Part shown: positions 39,211 to 49,252 of the stretch, one piece after another | Position numbering within the stretch: position 1 is the stretch's first letter | How the letters are laid out: every line of letters starts with the position of its first letter | Assembly (NCBI GenBank): GCA_964391885.1 | Contig: CAYMNU010000075.1 | Coordinates: 338 to 64,337, forward strand | Source of the DNA: an uncultured archaeon | GTDB lineage: Archaea; Altiarchaeota; Altiarchaeia; JAFGQM01 | Reading direction: 5' to 3' | DNA: 64,000 nt | Made by a program: the position numbers and the translations under genes | Notes under the pieces: model-generated | Database searches by the model: none | Told to the model about the DNA's origin: nothing | What the model saw: the letters and a program-made list of their open reading frames with translations, nothing else

Positions 39211-39725
39211 AGGCAATAAGAAACAGGCGCAGCGTAAGGGGCTTCAAGGACGAGCAGGTCCCGCGCAAAATGATACGCGAGATATTAGATGCAGGCAGGC
39301 TCGCGCCTTCCGGCAGCAACAGCCAGCCGCTTGAGGTTTTCATTATTAGCTCAAAAAAGGCAAAGGATGATTTGCAATCAAAAGGCGCATTTGTACAGGA
39401 ATTTGTCCACAAAGCCCCCACCCTACTCGCAATCTGCGGAGACCCCAAGGCCTATGAGACAGACGACCCTTCGCTCAGCGGGAAGGATAAAGAGCGATGT
39501 CTTAGGGATCTATCAATAGCTTCTGCATTCATGGTTTTAAGGGCCACAGACCTAGGTCTAGGCAGCATATGGGTTGCTCTTATCGATGCAGCAGTTATCA
39601 AAAAGGAAGTTGGCATTCCTGAGAGCTATATTCTACCTTACTGCTTATGCGTTGGATATCCCGACGAAGCCCCGCGCGAATTGGACAGGAAGACACCGGG
39701 CGAAACCCTTTTAGGCGAAATATAA
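39198..39725 (+). CDS. Nitroreductase-family flavoprotein
   Basis: 175 aa; RRSVRGF ... PSGSNSQP FMN-binding motifs. Confidence 0.8.
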   Translation: MEVLEAIRNRRSVRGFKDEQVPRKMIREILDAGRLAPSGSNSQPLEVFIISSKKAKDDLQSKGAFVQEFVHKAPTLLAICGDPKAYETDDPSLSGKDKERCLRDLSIASAFMVLRATDLGLGSIWVALIDAAVIKKEVGIPESYILPYCLCVGYPDEAPRELDRKTPGETLLGEI

Positions 39726-39753
39726 ACATTGGCTGATTACAAGATAGGGCATA

Positions 39754-39973
39754 CCCCGGCTCGCAACCTTCGATGAAGTCGAAGGTGCGCACAACTTCAT
39801 GAAATGAAGTTCGTGCTCAAGCCGGGGACTGTAAGATTCAGTCCTATTTTGTAATCCCACGATTTCATCGTGCGAGACTGGCAAAGTCTTTTCGACTTTG
39901 CCATGTAAGTTCATACCCCAATTCACAATCTTTGATTTCATCAAAGATGTGCGCAAGTTCACTGTAAGTGAAC
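39754..39973. repeat. Array of structured modules in a 320-nt intergenic region: two copies of (7-bp hairpin)-(A/G)TGCGCA-(7-bp hairpin), a 9-bp hairpin, and a 7-bp outer stem enclosing module 1
   Basis: Hairpins at 39768-84, 39794-810, 39880-902, 39930-46 and 39957-73. Outer stem CCCCGGC (39754-60) pairs with GCCGGGG (39821-27). Confidence 0.55.
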
Positions 39974-40049
39974 TTAGCGTTCAAGTTGAGGTATGTTGAT
40001 TTTTCTAATTCAAACAGCATAATCTACGTTGGCAGCAGTCTAAAATAAA

Positions 40050-42611
40050 ATGAAAGCATATGCAATCGCAGTTATTCTCGCTATCCTCCTTTTCATACTT
40101 CCTGTATCCTCAGAAGATGTAACTGTAGACTATATCGCTGCTATCCATCAGTATTTCAAGGCCCCTGGTGAATTAATCCCTGTTGGCGCAACGCTAGATG
40201 CAATAAACAGGGCATGGAACAATGGATTCAATCTTTCCGAGGCGTTTGACTATGCTGGCACGACGCTGTATTGCCCTGTCGAGTTCCCAATATCCTGCGA
40301 ATCTTCTGATGGAAGTTACATGCTGACAAAACATTCCTGGAAAAGCGGATGCAGGGGCTATTCTAAGGATTGCTGCGAGCCCGAAGAGTTAAGCTGCAGG
40401 GTCATCATGATGGCAGACGACAGCGCCCTGCAATATGATATAGAATTTAGGGACAATAGAATATTATGCCTAGAAAATGATTGCGTGCCACAGGGCGGCT
40501 GCATAGCAGATGCAGAATGCAGTAGATTTATCACATGTCCTATGTTCCCCGGCGATGCGCCCACCGCAATGTGCGACACAGCTTTGGGCGTATGCTATTG
40601 CGGAGGCGGAAGCTGCGGCGACGGGATATGTACCTATTGGGAGGCTACCCGCCAGACATGCCCTACAGACTGCGGCGAAATGGGCCTGGACAGCGACGGG
40701 GACGGCTTGAGCGACTGGGACGAGGTAAACATATATGGCACAGACCCCTTTAATCCTGACAGCGACGGCGACGGTTGGAGCGACTGGCATGAGGTAATGA
40801 TAGGCACAGACCCTTTGAATCCTGACACCGATGGGGGAGGCCAGTGCGACGGCCCGAACGCGGTTCCAGGTGTATGCAGGGCAGGACCCGACCCATGCCC
40901 CTTCGATTCAAGCAATACCTGCTATGCCGGCGTCGGCCCCGGGCAGAGCCCCCTACATGTTGACTTCGACGGCGATGGAACTGCAAACTACTTTGATACT
41001 TGCCCGACAGATCCTTTAAACAAATGTGAACCCGGAAATGACCCGGATATTTCTGTGGCTATTGGCGGGCTTCCGCAAGACTGGATTCGCACATATGGCG
41101 TAGTAGACCCTGACGCGGATTCAAGCAATAGTGGTCTCACCAATATGGAAGAATACTTGCATGGATTCAATCCACTCCTCGAAGACAGCAGCGGTAACGG
41201 CCTGCCTGACTACTGGGAGGCCCAATACGGGGTCAGCGACCCGGACGGCGACCCGGACGGCGACGGCCTTACAAACATACGGGAATATTATCTCGGCACA
41301 GACCCCCTTAATCCCGACACCCTGGGCAATGGCATACTAGACGGCGACGAGTATTTTGTTCCCACCGAGAACGCCACGATAATAGTAGAGCTTATAGCTA
41401 TAGATCCTCAGGATTCCAATCCTGCTGACGGAATTTATATGCTCGAATACGGAGACACCTTGAAACGAATAGCGATAGAGGCGAAGTATTCCGACGGTGT
41501 TAGTTTAGTGAGGCCATTAGTACTTGGCCAGCTCTCAGTACAGCAAGACAACAAAAAGATTCTTTTGGATTTTGAGAGGGCTTCACCCACCGCATTCGTT
41601 TCCAAGCCGTATTATGATATTCTAAAGAAAAACGATGAAGGGCCCCATATAAGCATGGAGCTATCCGTAATCGATTTGTACAATGAAAAAAGAGGCGAAC
41701 TCCACACAAGATTTTTTATACTGAACATCGATGACAAAGAATTTAGAATCGAAGTCAATTCACCGGCGGGCGAATACGCATACGGCCAAACACTAGAGTT
41801 TGATCTAAGCGTGCACGGGGCAAAAGACATTAGCTCGGTTCGAACTGAAGTCTTTGTAGAAGAGACAAATAGGTCATTCCTCCTTTCTCATGCCTTCGAT
41901 TCCCTGAAGGGGGCCTACCAAATCAACGCCAATGACGCGAGCCCATTATTCTTTCTGGTCCATTCTTCCATAATGAAAGACGAACGATATGATTCCATAA
42001 GGCGCATAAGGGTAGACATATCCCCTATATTGAAAATAGAATACCTCGAAGGGCAGTCGACACCCGACTACCACAGTTTTGATATAACCTATCCAAACGG
42101 CGAAAAACATGCGGAAAAGCAATTATATGGGGCAGTAAATGGCGAACCGGTTTTGTTTTCAAAGAGCCCAATGGGTTTTTACGAAGCCGAATTCGACGCC
42201 ATGCCCCAAGAAGACACCTTCATAGAGCTGAACGACAGCTTCGGCAACCTAGGCCGGACAAGGATAGCTTCTGGCGTCATAAGGATCGACATAGGCATTG
42301 GCGACTCTGTCTGGCTAATCCTTTTTGCCGTTATCGCCATAATCCCGGCCCTGGCAGCCTATCGCATTATCTGGGAACGAAAGAAGAAGAAGGGCATGAA
42401 AAAATCAGATGAAAAGAAACTGATTAAAAGAAAGTCCCGCCTCGAAGACCTTATCAAAGACACTAAAACAAGGTATTACAAGAAAACACTATCTCAGGAA
42501 TACGCATCCCAAAAAATCGCAGAATATGAAGAGGAACTAAAGCTCATAGAGGATGATCTCGCCACGTTCTCTACTGTAACCAAGAAGCACACAAAGCACC
42601 ACCAAGATTAG
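40050..42611 (+). CDS. Large secreted/surface protein with thrombospondin type-3-like repeats, C-terminal TM anchor and coiled-coil tail (paralogue B)
   Basis: 853 aa; same architecture as 36679-39210. Confidence 0.6.
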   Translation: MKAYAIAVILAILLFILPVSSEDVTVDYIAAIHQYFKAPGELIPVGATLDAINRAWNNGFNLSEAFDYAGTTLYCPVEFPISCESSDGSYMLTKHSWKSGCRGYSKDCCEPEELSCRVIMMADDSALQYDIEFRDNRILCLENDCVPQGGCIADAECSRFITCPMFPGDAPTAMCDTALGVCYCGGGSCGDGICTYWEATRQTCPTDCGEMGLDSDGDGLSDWDEVNIYGTDPFNPDSDGDGWSDWHEVMIGTDPLNPDTDGGGQCDGPNAVPGVCRAGPDPCPFDSSNTCYAGVGPGQSPLHVDFDGDGTANYFDTCPTDPLNKCEPGNDPDISVAIGGLPQDWIRTYGVVDPDADSSNSGLTNMEEYLHGFNPLLEDSSGNGLPDYWEAQYGVSDPDGDPDGDGLTNIREYYLGTDPLNPDTLGNGILDGDEYFVPTENATIIVELIAIDPQDSNPADGIYMLEYGDTLKRIAIEAKYSDGVSLVRPLVLGQLSVQQDNKKILLDFERASPTAFVSKPYYDILKKNDEGPHISMELSVIDLYNEKRGELHTRFFILNIDDKEFRIEVNSPAGEYAYGQTLEFDLSVHGAKDISSVRTEVFVEETNRSFLLSHAFDSLKGAYQINANDASPLFFLVHSSIMKDERYDSIRRIRVDISPILKIEYLEGQSTPDYHSFDITYPNGEKHAEKQLYGAVNGEPVLFSKSPMGFYEAEFDAMPQEDTFIELNDSFGNLGRTRIASGVIRIDIGIGDSVWLILFAVIAIIPALAAYRIIWERKKKKGMKKSDEKKLIKRKSRLEDLIKDTKTRYYKKTLSQEYASQKIAEYEEELKLIEDDLATFSTVTKKHTKHHQD
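41184..41350. repeat. 167-nt segment about 99% identical to 37792-37958 (copy in paralogue B)
   Basis: As above. Confidence 0.8.
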
Positions 42612-42668
42612 ATTAATTACTCTAAATAATATTTAAGGCTAAAGGGTGATTAATATGCCCTTTGAAAT

Positions 42669-42824
42669 ATGCAAATGGAAATAGTGAAAGGCTGCCCGAA
42701 GTTTCTCAGGAACGGCCCCTGTGGCGGTTACAAAAAAGGTACATGCGAGGTTTATCCTGACAAGAAGTGCGTATTTGTCGCAGTTTGGGAGAAAAATCCA
42801 GAGGCGTTAAGGAGGGAAATATGA
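42669..42824 (+). CDS. metV: MetV-like small zinc-ribbon subunit of methylene-tetrahydrofolate reductase (51 aa; missed by the ORF track)
   Basis: Manual translation: MQMEIVKGCPKFLRNGPCGGYKKGTCEVYPDKKCVFVAVWEKNPEALRREI. It carries the NGPCGG signature. The stop overlaps the metF ATG as ATGA. Confidence 0.6.
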   Translation: MQMEIVKGCPKFLRNGPCGGYKKGTCEVYPDKKCVFVAVWEKNPEALRREI

Positions 42825-43621
42825 GCTTTATTGAAAAACTGGGGGGGACATTCGTCATCACGGCTGAGGTCGAGCCGAAGCCTGCAGTAAGTGACTCTTT
42901 TTTGAAAAAGGCGGAAGCGTTCAGGCCATACGCCGATGCAATCAACGTTATCGACTCTCCTCTGGGAGAGCCTCAGGTGTCCTCCCTCGCTGCGAGCCTA
43001 CTCCTTAAACAACATGGATGTGAACCCATACTGCAAATGTGCGCCCGCGACAGGAACAGGACTGCGATAATCAACGACCTTCTCGGAGCAAAGCTGCTAG
43101 GCATAGAAAATGTGCTGGCTATAACAGGGGATTATCCAAATACATCCAAGCCGGTTTATGAGTATGATTCAGTCAGCCTGCTCAGGCTCATCAAGAAAGA
43201 GATGCCTGCGACGTACAAAGGCTTTTCCATGAATGGTGGCGCAGCCTATAATCCAATGGCTGAGCCGGAAGGCCCTGAACTGATAAAGCTGGAGAAGAAG
43301 CTAAAGTATGCAGATTTCATCCAGACTCAGATGGTCTTTGATTTCAAGCAGCTAGATAATAGTTTGTCCAGGAAGCACAAGAAGAAGATACTGGTCGGCA
43401 TCCTCCCCCTACTTCCTAGCTATGCAGAATATTTCAACAAGAATATACCCGGAGTTGCAGTTTCCGAAAAAGTGGCGAAATCGATAAAGTCAAGCGATGA
43501 TGGCGTCAAGCTCGCCAATGACATTGCATTACAGGCCAAAGCAGAAGGGTTTGCAGGCATACACCTCATGGTCTTCAAGCTGGAAGACAGGATAGGGGAA
43601 ATCCTGAAGGGCGTTATATGA
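42821..43621 (+). CDS. metF: Methylenetetrahydrofolate reductase (MetF family)
   Basis: 266 aa from MSFIEKLGG. Motifs VEPKP, MCARDRNR, LAITGD match MTHFR. Confidence 0.68.
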   Translation: MSFIEKLGGTFVITAEVEPKPAVSDSFLKKAEAFRPYADAINVIDSPLGEPQVSSLAASLLLKQHGCEPILQMCARDRNRTAIINDLLGAKLLGIENVLAITGDYPNTSKPVYEYDSVSLLRLIKKEMPATYKGFSMNGGAAYNPMAEPEGPELIKLEKKLKYADFIQTQMVFDFKQLDNSLSRKHKKKILVGILPLLPSYAEYFNKNIPGVAVSEKVAKSIKSSDDGVKLANDIALQAKAEGFAGIHLMVFKLEDRIGEILKGVI

Positions 43622-43643
43622 TTTATACCACCTAGTATCTATT

Positions 43644-44495
43644 CTATTTCAGCAAGTCCCTGGCAAGCGCCAAAGCACCGTTATAGTCATAAAATCGAGG
43701 TTCTTCAAGTGCCTTTATAAGCATGCTGCGCTCAACTTGGTTCTTCAAGTCGCCTATCGCCGAGGATCCGAGCCTCTTTATGCCTCCAATTTCTTCTCCA
43801 TCCATCCCCGGTTTCATATCCTCTATTCCATAGGGCTGTACTGCATTAACGTCCGCGGCTATTTCCGGCTTGATCTTGCCCAGCGATTCGGCATCGAGCA
43901 GCTGAGTGCCCAACGCGCCGGTGGAGAGTATGACATGGGCGTCTTTGCATGCATCACATCTTTCCTCGATAGTGCCTCCCTGAAGTCCGCGCAGCTTTCT
44001 TACATCATCCGAGAGCTTATGGGCGATTTTTTGTGCCTTATCCCCTCGTCTGGATGTGATAGTAACACTTGCTCCCAGATTCCTTAACAGCAAAGCCGAT
44101 ATCTGGCCTATGGGACCAGTGCCTGCCAGCACTGTCACGCTCTTTCCACGCAGGTTTCCTGAAATCTCCTCAATCTTCGCGACTGCGGCAGCAGCTGTCG
44201 TGCATGCTCCGTTGGGATCCCAGATTGCAGACATTTGCAAAGGGGGGCGCAACAATCTTTTCAGCTTCTGGAATACCCTTTCAGATTCTTCAAGGCCGCC
44301 GCCCACCATGATTACTGTATTCCTCCTGCCCTCCGGAGTCCTCGCGAAGACTACGTTGTGTATTATGCCTTCAACACTTTCTTCAGTAACCGATGCATAC
44401 GGGATTACCGCGTCATAATCCGCATCCAGGGCTAAAAGCAGGTCGAAGGGATTGGCAATCTTGTCTGTGTCCAGATATAGAAGCGCCTTCTTCAT
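43644..44495 (-). CDS. mtdA: NAD(P)-dependent methylene-tetrahydromethanopterin / methylene-H4F dehydrogenase, MtdA-like
   Basis: 283 aa; collinear with M. extorquens MtdA (LLYLDTD ... VMVGGG ... TTAAAAV ... VLAGTGPIG ... AGA.G..LL). Confidence 0.72.
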   Translation of the reverse strand: MKKALLYLDTDKIANPFDLLLALDADYDAVIPYASVTEESVEGIIHNVVFARTPEGRRNTVIMVGGGLEESERVFQKLKRLLRPPLQMSAIWDPNGACTTAAAAVAKIEEISGNLRGKSVTVLAGTGPIGQISALLLRNLGASVTITSRRGDKAQKIAHKLSDDVRKLRGLQGGTIEERCDACKDAHVILSTGALGTQLLDAESLGKIKPEIAADVNAVQPYGIEDMKPGMDGEEIGGIKRLGSSAIGDLKNQVERSMLIKALEEPRFYDYNGALALARDLLK

Positions 44496-45694
44496 TCCAC
44501 ATGCGTCCTGTACAAATCGGTGTCTTCTCCCAGAAGCGACAAAAAGTCTCTTGCAGACCTCTCGATGTCTTTGGACTGCGTTATGTAGCGACCTACAATG
44601 AGTATGTCCGCACCGTTTATGAGCGCCTGCTTCGCGGTCTTCGGTTTTATGCCGCCCGCCACAGCGAAGAGTATCTTATCGGATATGCTGGCTTTAATCT
44701 CTTTTATGAGCTTCCAGCGGCTATCCTCAGCTTGGTCTTCCTTGCCCATTCCCGCATCCACATTTCTGTGCAGTATAACTACATCCGGGTTCTCCTTAAT
44801 ACCGGTTAGAACGCCTTTTGGGTCTGCTACGTTCATCATGTCCACATAAGCGTAGATGCCAAGGCGGTGCGCTTCGTATATGACGCTTTCCACAGTTTCC
44901 TTGGCAGCAAGGCCTGAGACGACCACAGCGTCAGCGCCCTGGTTATAGGCTTGGTCCACTTCCACCTTGCCGACATCCAGAGTCTTTAAGTCCGCAATCA
45001 GGAAGCAGCTTCCCCTTGCCTCTTTGATTTCTTTAAGGCCTCTCACGCCCCATTCCTTGATGAAGGGGGTGCCCGCTTCCAAGATCACCATGTCGTTATG
45101 GGGTATCTCTTTAACCACTCTTTTTATGGTATCGATGCTCGTTATGTCCAGTGCAACCTGCAGGTAAGGGGGCCTCCATAATTTTTCCATCTTGACTCCG
45201 GCTATGGCGTGGGTTGCCCTGTCCTTTTCAAAGTTTATCTTCTTGAGGTCCGGGTATCCGGTTATGGCGCGCTTTATAGAAAGCTTTGTCGCAGAATAAT
45301 TGTACCTGTAAATCCTCTCATAGTCCGAGGCTTCGGGATGTATGAATACAGATGCCAGGATTACATAGTCTTCGGCGTATTCTTCAGGGATTACTCCCTC
45401 CTGAAGCGAGTCTGCCACAGCCTTTGCGACTGCTGCCTGGGCCGGGCCGAAAATCTTCCCTGCATCATCCAGGTTCTTTACAGTGACTTTTGGTATTATG
45501 AGTGTCGCGGGCTTTGGTATGAGGTTTGGCCGTATCACGCCAAGAAGCGGAGTGTGGCCTTGTGAAAGCTGTGTCAGGCCGTTAAGGAAGGCATTGCCTA
45601 CCGGGCCGTTCTTCTTTCCTACAATAAGGTCTATGTGCGCTACCTCGTTGCCTTCTCCTACCAATGCCTCACCTATCATAAAGTCGTCATCCAT
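44492..45694 (-). CDS. fae: Bifunctional formaldehyde-activating enzyme / 3-hexulose-6-phosphate synthase (Fae-Hps fusion)
   Basis: 400 aa; N-terminal Fae (GEALVGEGNEVAHIDLI ... KYNYSATKLSI), C-terminal OMPDC-fold HPS (LQVALDITS ... GADAVVVSG). Confidence 0.85.
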   Translation of the reverse strand: MDDDFMIGEALVGEGNEVAHIDLIVGKKNGPVGNAFLNGLTQLSQGHTPLLGVIRPNLIPKPATLIIPKVTVKNLDDAGKIFGPAQAAVAKAVADSLQEGVIPEEYAEDYVILASVFIHPEASDYERIYRYNYSATKLSIKRAITGYPDLKKINFEKDRATHAIAGVKMEKLWRPPYLQVALDITSIDTIKRVVKEIPHNDMVILEAGTPFIKEWGVRGLKEIKEARGSCFLIADLKTLDVGKVEVDQAYNQGADAVVVSGLAAKETVESVIYEAHRLGIYAYVDMMNVADPKGVLTGIKENPDVVILHRNVDAGMGKEDQAEDSRWKLIKEIKASISDKILFAVAGGIKPKTAKQALINGADILIVGRYITQSKDIERSARDFLSLLGEDTDLYRTHVE

Positions 45695-45726
45695 TTCTTC
45701 TCCGCTTAATTAAACCAAAAATTAAA

Positions 45727-46131
45727 CTAAATTTTCTTTGCCAGCTTAACGGCAGTCTCGACACCCCGTTTGGCATAGTCGTCGATGCGCTGCACAGCCT
45801 GCGCATGCGTCTGCCCCGGGCCGCTCACCCCCAGGCCGACAGGTTTTCCGGATTCGATTGACAAATCCATGAGCTTTCTTGCAAGCTGGCTTGCGATGAC
45901 ATCATCATGGCTGGTATCTCCCTCTATTATGGCGCCAAGGGCGACAACAGCATCAACGCCTTTCCTTGCAAGTGACTTTTTTACCATGAAGGGTATGTCA
46001 TAAGCTCCGGGTACTGCATCCACTTGTACTACCTTCGCCCCAAGCAGCTTTGCGTGCTCCTCAGCCCGCTTGAGCATCACGCCGGTGATGTCATAATTGA
46101 ATTCAGAGACTACTATCGCAAGATTTGTCAT
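45727..46131 (-). CDS. ribH: 6,7-dimethyl-8-ribityllumazine synthase
   Basis: 134 aa; archaeal short RibH (IVVSEFN ... VPGAYDIP ... GAIIEGDTSH). Confidence 0.85.
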   Translation of the reverse strand: MTNLAIVVSEFNYDITGVMLKRAEEHAKLLGAKVVQVDAVPGAYDIPFMVKKSLARKGVDAVVALGAIIEGDTSHDDVIASQLARKLMDLSIESGKPVGLGVSGPGQTHAQAVQRIDDYAKRGVETAVKLAKKI

Positions 46132-46197
46132 TTTAGGAAACCCCTATATTTTGCTTATAGTGTAATTAAAATAAACTCCATATGGCCTACAGGAGGA

Positions 46198-46410
46198 TTA
46201 CACGACGCCCTTCAAAGAGTTGTCGGTTAACCAGATAATTAAGAGCCCTATGATTATAGATGCCACGCCGCTTATGGTCTGGCTTTCCGGAAAGAGGTAC
46301 CTGTCCATCAAAAGCCACACGCCCCTCCATATGGAAACCACCGCTATAGCAAATATTATAGCATCCACCTCTGAGCGGCTGAACCCGAGCCTGAAATATT
46401 TTTTATTCAT
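46198..46410 (-). CDS. Small two-helix membrane protein (hypothetical)
   Basis: 70 aa; lies between ribH and ribC. Confidence 0.3.
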   Translation of the reverse strand: MNKKYFRLGFSRSEVDAIIFAIAVVSIWRGVWLLMDRYLFPESQTISGVASIIIGLLIIWLTDNSLKGVV

Positions 46411-46420
46411 GGTTTTGCAC

Positions 46421-46906
<486 letters not shown>

Positions 46907-47096
46907 TTACAAATAAAACCTTAATCCATTACTTTAATTGTAATTCAGTCTTACTTCTCGGATTCCTATGCATTCTGCATTGAAAACCAGATTGAGTTAA
47001 TAGTTTTTCCTCCGGCTCTTTTCCTGATGCCGGGGGTACTCCAGGCAATGCAATATTCTCCCGAAACTTTTTTTCCTTTTAAAGTATAAAATACCC

Positions 47097-48008
47097 ATGT
47101 CAAAGCCTGCCAAACCCAATATAAAGATAGTCCCATGGCACCATTCTTCATCAAGCATTTACCATAGGGACGTTTCCCGCATGATTTCCAGCATCCCAAA
47201 AAATAGGAGAGTGGTAATCGAAAACACGCCTGGCTATCTGGCAATGTGCAGAGAGGTCATGAGTGTGATACGCGGAGAGAAAGAAAGAGTCGGCAGCCTG
47301 CTGGGTGAAGGGACTCTCGACCCCTTCGAGCGTGGTACCTACGACGAAGTGAGAAAAGCATCCCGAGCAGACATAGAGCGGGGCAAGGCGAAACTACCCT
47401 GGCACTACATTGAAATACTCCACGAAGCCGGAAAAAGGGATATAGAAGTCCTTCCTGTCGAAAGGCTTTCTGAGAGCTATAGAATGGGCAAGGTCTATGA
47501 AAAAATAAGGCGGATTAATGAGTTTCGCGGGAATCCAATTCGCCATGGTGCTCTTTTGGAAGAGCACGAAGCCAACCTCAAACGGGAATCCGCGATTGCC
47601 GACACCATCCGGGCACTCGCAGCCCGGGGGGTGAAAAAGAATGTCGTAGCCATAGTTGGGCTAGGCCATGCCGAGAATCTGGAAAGCGAGCTTAGGGCGA
47701 GAGGACTGAATGCAAGCTTAGACTTTAGCGCGTTTAGATACCCCAAACGAATTTCCCAATCTATGGATTTAATCAGCCAGGGTAGGGCGCTTTTGTCCCA
47801 GGCACAGGCAGCGCATAAATCTGGAGACAAGGAATCATCGGAAAGGCTCCAAGAGAGGGCAACTCTATTATTTAGGGCAGGCCGTGAAGCTATAGACGGA
47901 CGAGTAAGCAGGGAAAATGCCTCTGCCCGGCGGAGAATAGTAAAGGAGCTCAAGAAAAATCAAGAGAGCAGGACTAAAAGAAAACAGGCTAAGCCAAGAA
48001 GGAAATAA
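47097..48008 (+). CDS. Hypothetical protein (weak resemblance to the TraB/ChaN/Tiki-like fold)
   Basis: 303 aa; GLGHAENLE motif; basic C-terminal tail. No firm family assignment. Confidence 0.35.
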   Translation: MSKPAKPNIKIVPWHHSSSSIYHRDVSRMISSIPKNRRVVIENTPGYLAMCREVMSVIRGEKERVGSLLGEGTLDPFERGTYDEVRKASRADIERGKAKLPWHYIEILHEAGKRDIEVLPVERLSESYRMGKVYEKIRRINEFRGNPIRHGALLEEHEANLKRESAIADTIRALAARGVKKNVVAIVGLGHAENLESELRARGLNASLDFSAFRYPKRISQSMDLISQGRALLSQAQAAHKSGDKESSERLQERATLLFRAGREAIDGRVSRENASARRRIVKELKKNQESRTKRKQAKPRRK

Positions 48009-49247
48009 TCACCGGTTTAGGTGCCCCATCTTCTTCTTTTTAGTCTCTAGATACTTCTCATTATGTTTGTTGCTTGGTAGGCAGATAGGCTCCCTCCTGA
48101 CTGCCCTGAGTCCATATCCTCCCAATCCAATAATCTTCCTAGGATTGTTCGTCATAAGCCTTATCGACGCAAGTCCCAAGTCGCGCAGTATCTGCGCACC
48201 TGCTCCATAATCCCTTAAATCATCTTCATATCCGAGTGCATGGTTTGCCTCGACTGTGTCCATACCCTTGTCTTGAAGGGCATAAGCCTTTATCTTTTCA
48301 CCCAGTCCGATGCCCCTTCCCTCCTGGCGCATGTAAAGCAGAACTCCACATTCCTCTTCTTCTATCCTCCTGAGAGCCTCTGCCAGTTGCCCCCCACAGT
48401 CACAGCGCAGAGAGCCTAAAATATCACCAGTCAAACATTCCGAGTGAACCCTAACCAGCACATTTTCCTTTCCTTGCACTTCACCCTTCACCAATGCCAC
48501 GTGCTCCATTCCGTCGGCGTGCGATTTGTATGCGATTATCTTGAAATTTCCATATCTTGAGGGGAGCTCCGCCTCCCCAATTCTCTCTACAAGAGGCTCT
48601 TTCTCAGCGCCTATATACGTTTTGTCGTGCTTCAGCCTGTATTTTATCAAGTCTTCTATGGATACTATCCTCAAATTGTGCTTTTTTGCAAATATTTCCA
48701 GCTGTGGCAGCCTTGCCATAGTCCCGTCGTCATTCATTATCTCGCATATGAGGCCTGCGGGAGCAAGCCCGGCTAGCCTTGCTAAGTCGACACTGGCTTC
48801 GGTATGGCCTGCCCTCGTCAGAACGCCGCCTTCTCTCGCACGCAGCGGGAAGATGTGCCCGGGCCTGCAAAAGTCGCCGGGCTTTGCGTTAGGGTCTAGG
48901 AATTTTCTAACAGTCACGGCCCTATCATGGGCAGAGATGCCTGTCGTGGTCCCATCCTTGGCATCTATCGAGACTGTGAAAGCAGTCCCCTTCTTGTCTG
49001 TATTCTTTTTGACCATGGGTTCTATATTAAGCTCCCTCATCCTTGTGCCGGTGGCTGCAAGGCAGATTAAGCCGCGCCCCTCCTTAGCCATGAAATTTAC
49101 TGCTTCAGGTCCGACTTTGGCAGCAACTATCACAAGGTCGCCCTCATTTTCCCTATTCTCGTCGTCGACGACTATGACGAATTTACCCTCCCTGATATCT
49201 TCAATAGCGTTTTCTATAGTATCCATATTGCCTATTCCATCCAACAT
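48009..49247 (-). CDS. ribBA: Bifunctional 3,4-dihydroxy-2-butanone-4-phosphate synthase / GTP cyclohydrolase II
   Basis: 412 aa; RibB (RENEGDLV) plus GCH-II (CDCG zinc site, [10 protein letters not shown] ... GRG). Confidence 0.9.
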   Translation of the reverse strand: MLDGIGNMDTIENAIEDIREGKFVIVVDDENRENEGDLVIVAAKVGPEAVNFMAKEGRGLICLAATGTRMRELNIEPMVKKNTDKKGTAFTVSIDAKDGTTTGISAHDRAVTVRKFLDPNAKPGDFCRPGHIFPLRAREGGVLTRAGHTEASVDLARLAGLAPAGLICEIMNDDGTMARLPQLEIFAKKHNLRIVSIEDLIKYRLKHDKTYIGAEKEPLVERIGEAELPSRYGNFKIIAYKSHADGMEHVALVKGEVQGKENVLVRVHSECLTGDILGSLRCDCGGQLAEALRRIEEEECGVLLYMRQEGRGIGLGEKIKAYALQDKGMDTVEANHALGYEDDLRDYGAGAQILRDLGLASIRLMTNNPRKIIGLGGYGLRAVRREPICLPSNKHNEKYLETKKKKMGHLNR

Positions 49248-49252
49248 GTTCC

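Noticed and set aside
39754-39827. tRNA-like 74-nt element (7-bp outer stem enclosing two hairpins)
   Set aside because: Only two internal arms; loops are 5 and 3 nt, so there is no 7-nt anticodon loop; no T-loop GTTC or D-loop features. Not a tRNA, and kept instead as a structured-repeat finding.
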